Below are positions 60,177 through 64,000 of a DNA stretch of 64,000 bases, in pieces. The translations under genes and the position numbers were made by a program. The notes under the pieces are model-generated. The model did not search any database and was not told the DNA's origin. It saw only the letters and a program-made list of their open reading frames with translations. Position 1 is the stretch's first letter. Each line of letters opens with the position of its first letter. Where the stretch lies: sequence record MH595538.1; one strand, 5' to 3'.

Positions 60177-60194
60177 TCTATATCACCATGGTGT
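60177..60194 (+). promoter_or_regulatory. Putative phage early promoter motif, copy 5
   Basis: TCTATATCACCATGGTGT. Confidence 0.65.
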
Positions 60195-60219
60195 ATTAGG
60201 ATTCTAAGGACAGTAAACA

Positions 60220-60717
60220 ATGAGAGTACAGCGCGCCATGGTGGTCCGGCTACCCGTTAATATGGTTCAAGAGCTCGATGACTATTTCGAAGAGTCAGGA
60301 GTGCTTGCCTTTGAGACGACTGAGCGAGTTCCTGTTGATGTTAATGGCTTAGGCATCGGTGATTACTTTCATCGATACTTGGCCTCTCTCATTGGAGAGA
60401 TAGGAACGACTCACTATTGGAGGCCCTTTGAGGCAATGAGTCCAATAGAAGCCAGAGAAAAGCTTAAACCCGTAATCGGGTATTACGATCAAGAGTTCTT
60501 GATCTATGCCCGTTTGTTCAATCAACTCAGTCCTTTCTTCAGTATTGAGTTTTTAGATTTGGGAACCATTTTAGTAAAGGAAGAATTTGGTTATGTCATC
60601 TACCCACAGACCCACTCCAACCCAGAAATCAACACCCATCCAGATATCCATACCGCTTCATACTTTTCACTCTTCTATAGAGGACCGGCTAACTACTATC
60701 TCTATGGAGTTCCCTAG
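60220..60717 (+). CDS. Hypothetical protein, post-PhuZ cluster
   Basis: 165 aa; contains IEFLDLGTILV, a motif shared with neighbours. Confidence 0.55.
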   Translation: MRVQRAMVVRLPVNMVQELDDYFEESGVLAFETTERVPVDVNGLGIGDYFHRYLASLIGEIGTTHYWRPFEAMSPIEAREKLKPVIGYYDQEFLIYARLFNQLSPFFSIEFLDLGTILVKEEFGYVIYPQTHSNPEINTHPDIHTASYFSLFYRGPANYYLYGVP

Positions 60718-61156
60718 AGGCAGCCATTGGTTTAGTCACTTCAATCGCGGTGACATTATGGCTATCGTGGCCTATCGCATCAAATACAGTTTAGTGCAGC
60801 GCTTATCTGCGTCCATAAAAGGCATTGGGTTATATGAAGACTATGATCAGTTATTAGAACAGAAGTTTTCAGAAAAGCTTGGCTGGAATGAAGAGCTGGT
60901 TCGGTATGAAGCTGCTGAGATAGAAGAAGTAGTCAGCATGTTATCAGAGCCAATTGTTAGTCAGCTATATGCCGCAATCGAGAAATTGGATCCTAACCCT
61001 TGCGTTGTTTGGTCGATAGAGATAAAGGATCTGGTGATGCATGTACATCACTGTGGTGATTGGCGTATAAATGAATGGGAGTCTCAGAACCTGGATGAGA
61101 ACGGAAGGTATACCGGAGTCGCCAGTTACCGAGATCAGAGTGAACAGTATGGCTAA
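60587..61156 (+). CDS. Hypothetical protein, post-PhuZ cluster
   Basis: Open frame of 189 aa; start uncertain (60593 or 60757). Confidence 0.55.
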   Translation: MVMSSTHRPTPTQKSTPIQISIPLHTFHSSIEDRLTTISMEFPRGSHWFSHFNRGDIMAIVAYRIKYSLVQRLSASIKGIGLYEDYDQLLEQKFSEKLGWNEELVRYEAAEIEEVVSMLSEPIVSQLYAAIEKLDPNPCVVWSIEIKDLVMHVHHCGDWRINEWESQNLDENGRYTGVASYRDQSEQYG

Positions 61157-61577
61157 TATAAGTTATGTCGTAGAGCTATCGCCTGTGATTGCAACTTTAA
61201 AAGAAAACCTAAACAATCAGTTCACTCCTCCGCACGTACCGCTTAACAGAGAAGACAATTTAGAGTTTCCAACGATAGAAGTAGCCGAGCTCGTCCTACA
61301 GACATTTTCAATGTTCATGAGCTGGCCGCTAGAGGAATATCTCACCATGACAGATTTTGTCGGTGATCCTATCGCGGAAGCTCTAGAGCCTTATCGCCCT
61401 GGAGTGGAATATATCCTAGGTACATATCGTTATCTTTTCGCTAGTTTCGATGAAGCAATGAGACCGCACGGCGGAATCAATCGAAACATATTTCACAATG
61501 TTAACCCTTGCTCTCCTACCGCGGTATTGATTGAGGAAGTAAGAGCAGATTTACCATACAGAGCCCCTGGCTTTTAA
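61149..61577 (+). CDS. Hypothetical protein, post-PhuZ cluster
   Basis: Open frame 61071-61577; likely start MANISY. Confidence 0.55.
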   Translation: MANISYVVELSPVIATLKENLNNQFTPPHVPLNREDNLEFPTIEVAELVLQTFSMFMSWPLEEYLTMTDFVGDPIAEALEPYRPGVEYILGTYRYLFASFDEAMRPHGGINRNIFHNVNPCSPTAVLIEEVRADLPYRAPGF

Positions 61578-61592
61578 TGTGAGGATTCCATA

Positions 61593-62051
61593 ATGGAAAT
61601 AACCCAAGTAGTTACTCGTCACATGGGAATCGGCCAGATAATGCATTCGGATCCATCTGCAGCGGCGTTTGCCGCTGTGGATGCTTATAGAATCGTCTAT
61701 CGTGCCTGGTACCTTGGTTACCCTATCTTAGACAATCACAACTTTAGAGAGTTAGTGAGCTTTAAAGGATTGCCGTGTGCAGTAGAAGCAGCGCTATGCA
61801 GTGCTGGCATAGAAGACTATATTGTGCAGCAGCCTTGCTTTTGTACAGAGAATATGGTCTGTGGTTCTTGCATCGAACATGTCAATATAGTGAACCATCA
61901 TAAAAACCTCTGTCATTTAATTGCTGACGGAATAACGTTTGATCCTAAGGTATGGGATATAATCAATCGCTATCCTTCATTTGGCATTGAACTTATTGAC
62001 CTTAATACAATTGTAGTAGGAGCACGCAATGTCCAACCAATCCAAAATTAA
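61593..62051 (+). CDS. Cys-cluster protein, post-PhuZ cluster
   Basis: PCFCTENMVCGSCIEH; ends IELIDLNTIVV. Confidence 0.6.
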   Translation: MEITQVVTRHMGIGQIMHSDPSAAAFAAVDAYRIVYRAWYLGYPILDNHNFRELVSFKGLPCAVEAALCSAGIEDYIVQQPCFCTENMVCGSCIEHVNIVNHHKNLCHLIADGITFDPKVWDIINRYPSFGIELIDLNTIVVGARNVQPIQN

Positions 62052-62457
62052 TTCTGTCGTTATGCCGTTCCCGCATGTAGAAGCTTACATCCTTAACTCA
62101 ACGCCCGAAGCAGAAAAGATGGCACTAGAGGCAGTGTCTCTTGCTATCTCGTCAGTGCTGCACGGAGAGAAGCCAGGAGAGTTAGTCATTGACATTGCTG
62201 AGGCAATAGAACATCTAGAGCCTTTTGCAAAGGAATGTGGAGTGGAAGATGACATGCTCATAGAAGTCATTACAGAAGTACTCACCTGGGCACTTACAGG
62301 AGTGAGTAATATTTCAGCCTTTGCCTCATTAACGGTTCTTCAGGAAGTATTGAAGACATCCGTGCGCATTGGCGAAGAAACTAATCAAATGTTCATTCGT
62401 GCCTTGGATATGAAGAACTTAGAAGTGGGGATCCGTGATGAGACATCAAGTTCGTGA
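62029..62457 (+). CDS. Hypothetical protein, post-PhuZ cluster
   Basis: 142 aa, GGAG RBS. Confidence 0.55.
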   Translation: MSNQSKINSVVMPFPHVEAYILNSTPEAEKMALEAVSLAISSVLHGEKPGELVIDIAEAIEHLEPFAKECGVEDDMLIEVITEVLTWALTGVSNISAFASLTVLQEVLKTSVRIGEETNQMFIRALDMKNLEVGIRDETSSS

Positions 62458-62833
62458 AATAGTAATAACAATACCCGGCATTATGCATTGTCTGGATTTA
62501 GTTCCAGATAGTAATAGTGGATGGATCGTTATTAACGGCACCGAACATGAACAGGAGATTATCGGGGAAGCTGTCTTTGAAATGATCTTTGGTCTGACCT
62601 TTGATCAAGTCGTCGATAAGTTCAGTCCGCTGTTAGATGAGATATCAATTGCCAGACAGGAAGTACTGGGCGATCATCTTTCAGAGATAGCAGTAGGCCT
62701 GGATAATAACCGCCATATGTTCAATGCTTATACACAGGCAATCCAAGTCATCTTTAGTGAACTAGGTCGTGATCTCAAAAATAAATTAAGAGTAATCGAC
62801 CCTAATAATTTAGGATTGATGTTTTACAGGTGA
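62435..62833 (+). CDS. Hypothetical protein, post-PhuZ cluster
   Basis: 132 aa, overlapping starts and stops; ends LRVIDPNNLGL. Confidence 0.55.
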   Translation: MMRHQVREIVITIPGIMHCLDLVPDSNSGWIVINGTEHEQEIIGEAVFEMIFGLTFDQVVDKFSPLLDEISIARQEVLGDHLSEIAVGLDNNRHMFNAYTQAIQVIFSELGRDLKNKLRVIDPNNLGLMFYR

Positions 62834-62836
62834 GTT

Positions 62837-63199
62837 ATGAATAAAGATTTACTTTCAACAGTGATTCTCCCTGACGATGGCTTCATGAACCATATACGTA
62901 TGGCCCTTAGTATTCATATGGATGGACGTGTCAGTTTTGAGACATTGGCAAGAGATTGTCTTTGTTTCAGCTGGCATATGGAAAGAGGCATTGAGTACAA
63001 TCATTGCACTAATAAATATCCAGCACTTGACTATGTTTACTTTAACCAAGTCTTAACAAGGTACGGAGAGATTCTTTCTGCCCCTTCTCTAAATGCATGT
63101 TATATAGAGTTGCGTTTTCACCGTAGTTTAGAAAACGGACTTGAGTTTATGGTCAATGAATATCTGCCAAGAGACACGGCCGTAGGGAGGTTCGCATGA
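62837..63199 (+). CDS. Hypothetical protein, post-PhuZ cluster
   Basis: 120 aa ORF. Confidence 0.55.
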   Translation: MNKDLLSTVILPDDGFMNHIRMALSIHMDGRVSFETLARDCLCFSWHMERGIEYNHCTNKYPALDYVYFNQVLTRYGEILSAPSLNACYIELRFHRSLENGLEFMVNEYLPRDTAVGRFA

Positions 63200-63603
63200 A
63201 GCCAAGAGGACATATTAATTCTGTCATCGTAAGGGTAAAAGACATCACTAAGCTAAAACAGCGCGAAGGACTGATGTTTGAACCTATGCTAGCCTCTGCC
63301 ATGCGCTATATTCTTCAGGGCGAAGAAGATGCAGAACAGATCGTAAGTGAGATGCGTGAAGACGGATTTGAATCTCTAGTCAAACCATGCTCTTGCCATG
63401 GCTATAATCCAGGGTGTGGATCTTGTGAGCATCTTATGCAGCAAGAAACTATCGTCTATAACTTTATCACAGACCTTCAAGAAAATATGATCTTAGGCCC
63501 AGGCTTCAGGGATGAAATCTCTAAGCTGACCATGCGGAATGGACTTTATGATGTCGACGTTGTCATCTTGGACCCAGGATCAATCGAACTTTTACTAGGG
63601 TGA
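63196..63603 (+). CDS. Cys-cluster protein, post-PhuZ cluster
   Basis: PCSCHGYNPGCGSCEH; ends VVILDPGSIEL; GGAGG RBS. Confidence 0.6.
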   Translation: MKPRGHINSVIVRVKDITKLKQREGLMFEPMLASAMRYILQGEEDAEQIVSEMREDGFESLVKPCSCHGYNPGCGSCEHLMQQETIVYNFITDLQENMILGPGFRDEISKLTMRNGLYDVDVVILDPGSIELLLG

Positions 63604-63609
63604 TGTATC

Positions 63610-63981
63610 ATGAACGCAATACTTCAATTGAGGGATCTACGAAGTTTAGTTCGGGAAATGTACGTTGAAGAATGCGGAGGAGAGGAAGCAGCACAGCAAC
63701 TCTCCGATACGCATGTCTATGACGAAGACCAGCTATTCCATAGAATGCTCCATGAGGTCAATCATTATCTAAAGGAAGTCATGGATATGGATCGTGATCT
63801 TAGAGAAGGTAGTTTACTGGAAATGCTACTCAGTGAAGTCGTCGATGACCTACATGAAAAGCTTCCAGTTATTGAAAGGGATTTCTTACGTAAGGAAGGA
63901 GTTCAATATTGTCTTGTGGGAAATATAACGGGAATCACAGTACTGGGTCCAGACGGAACGATCAACGTGGAGTTCTATTGA
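63610..63981 (+). CDS. Hypothetical protein, post-PhuZ cluster
   Basis: 123 aa; ends ITVLGPDGTINVEF. Confidence 0.55.
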   Translation: MNAILQLRDLRSLVREMYVEECGGEEAAQQLSDTHVYDEDQLFHRMLHEVNHYLKEVMDMDRDLREGSLLEMLLSEVVDDLHEKLPVIERDFLRKEGVQYCLVGNITGITVLGPDGTINVEFY

Positions 63982-64000
63982 ATCAGGTAGACCTGCATTA

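Noticed and set aside
1-64000. Chimallin, major capsid, DNA polymerase or integrase genes
   Set aside because: None is recognisable in this window. The nucleus-forming assignment rests on PhuZ, the split RNAPs and synteny, not on seeing chimallin.

Overview
This 64 kb window is part of a phiKZ-like, nucleus-forming jumbo myophage genome (Chimalliviridae-type gene set, about 41% GC). Recognisable core genes are: SbcC/Rad50-like ATPase (multiply frameshifted here and running off the left edge), central spike and PAAR tip, an i-/o-spanin pair, RNase H, UvsX/RecA, three virion RNA polymerase subunit genes, a tape-measure/tail lysin, prohead protease, tail tube and sheath, large terminase and PhuZ tubulin. 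Non-core highlights: (1) a Ro60/TROVE gene preceded by three tandem Y-RNA-like genes, two with circularly permuted tRNA domains, and convergent with an R-S-QxE ADP-ribosyltransferase-like gene; (2) a 515-nt group I intron without a full-length endonuclease ORF that splits the virion RNAP beta gene, with both splice sites fixed by P1/P10 pairing; (3) an M23 peptidase in the tape-measure/lysin protein; (4) a degenerate NUMOD4/HNH-derived protein ending in an SSB-like acidic tail; (5) an 18-bp putative early-promoter motif in five copies; (6) a 560-bp ORF-free interval full of nested inverted repeats near phuZ. All phiKZ gp assignments come from motif recognition, synteny and recall, not from database searches.
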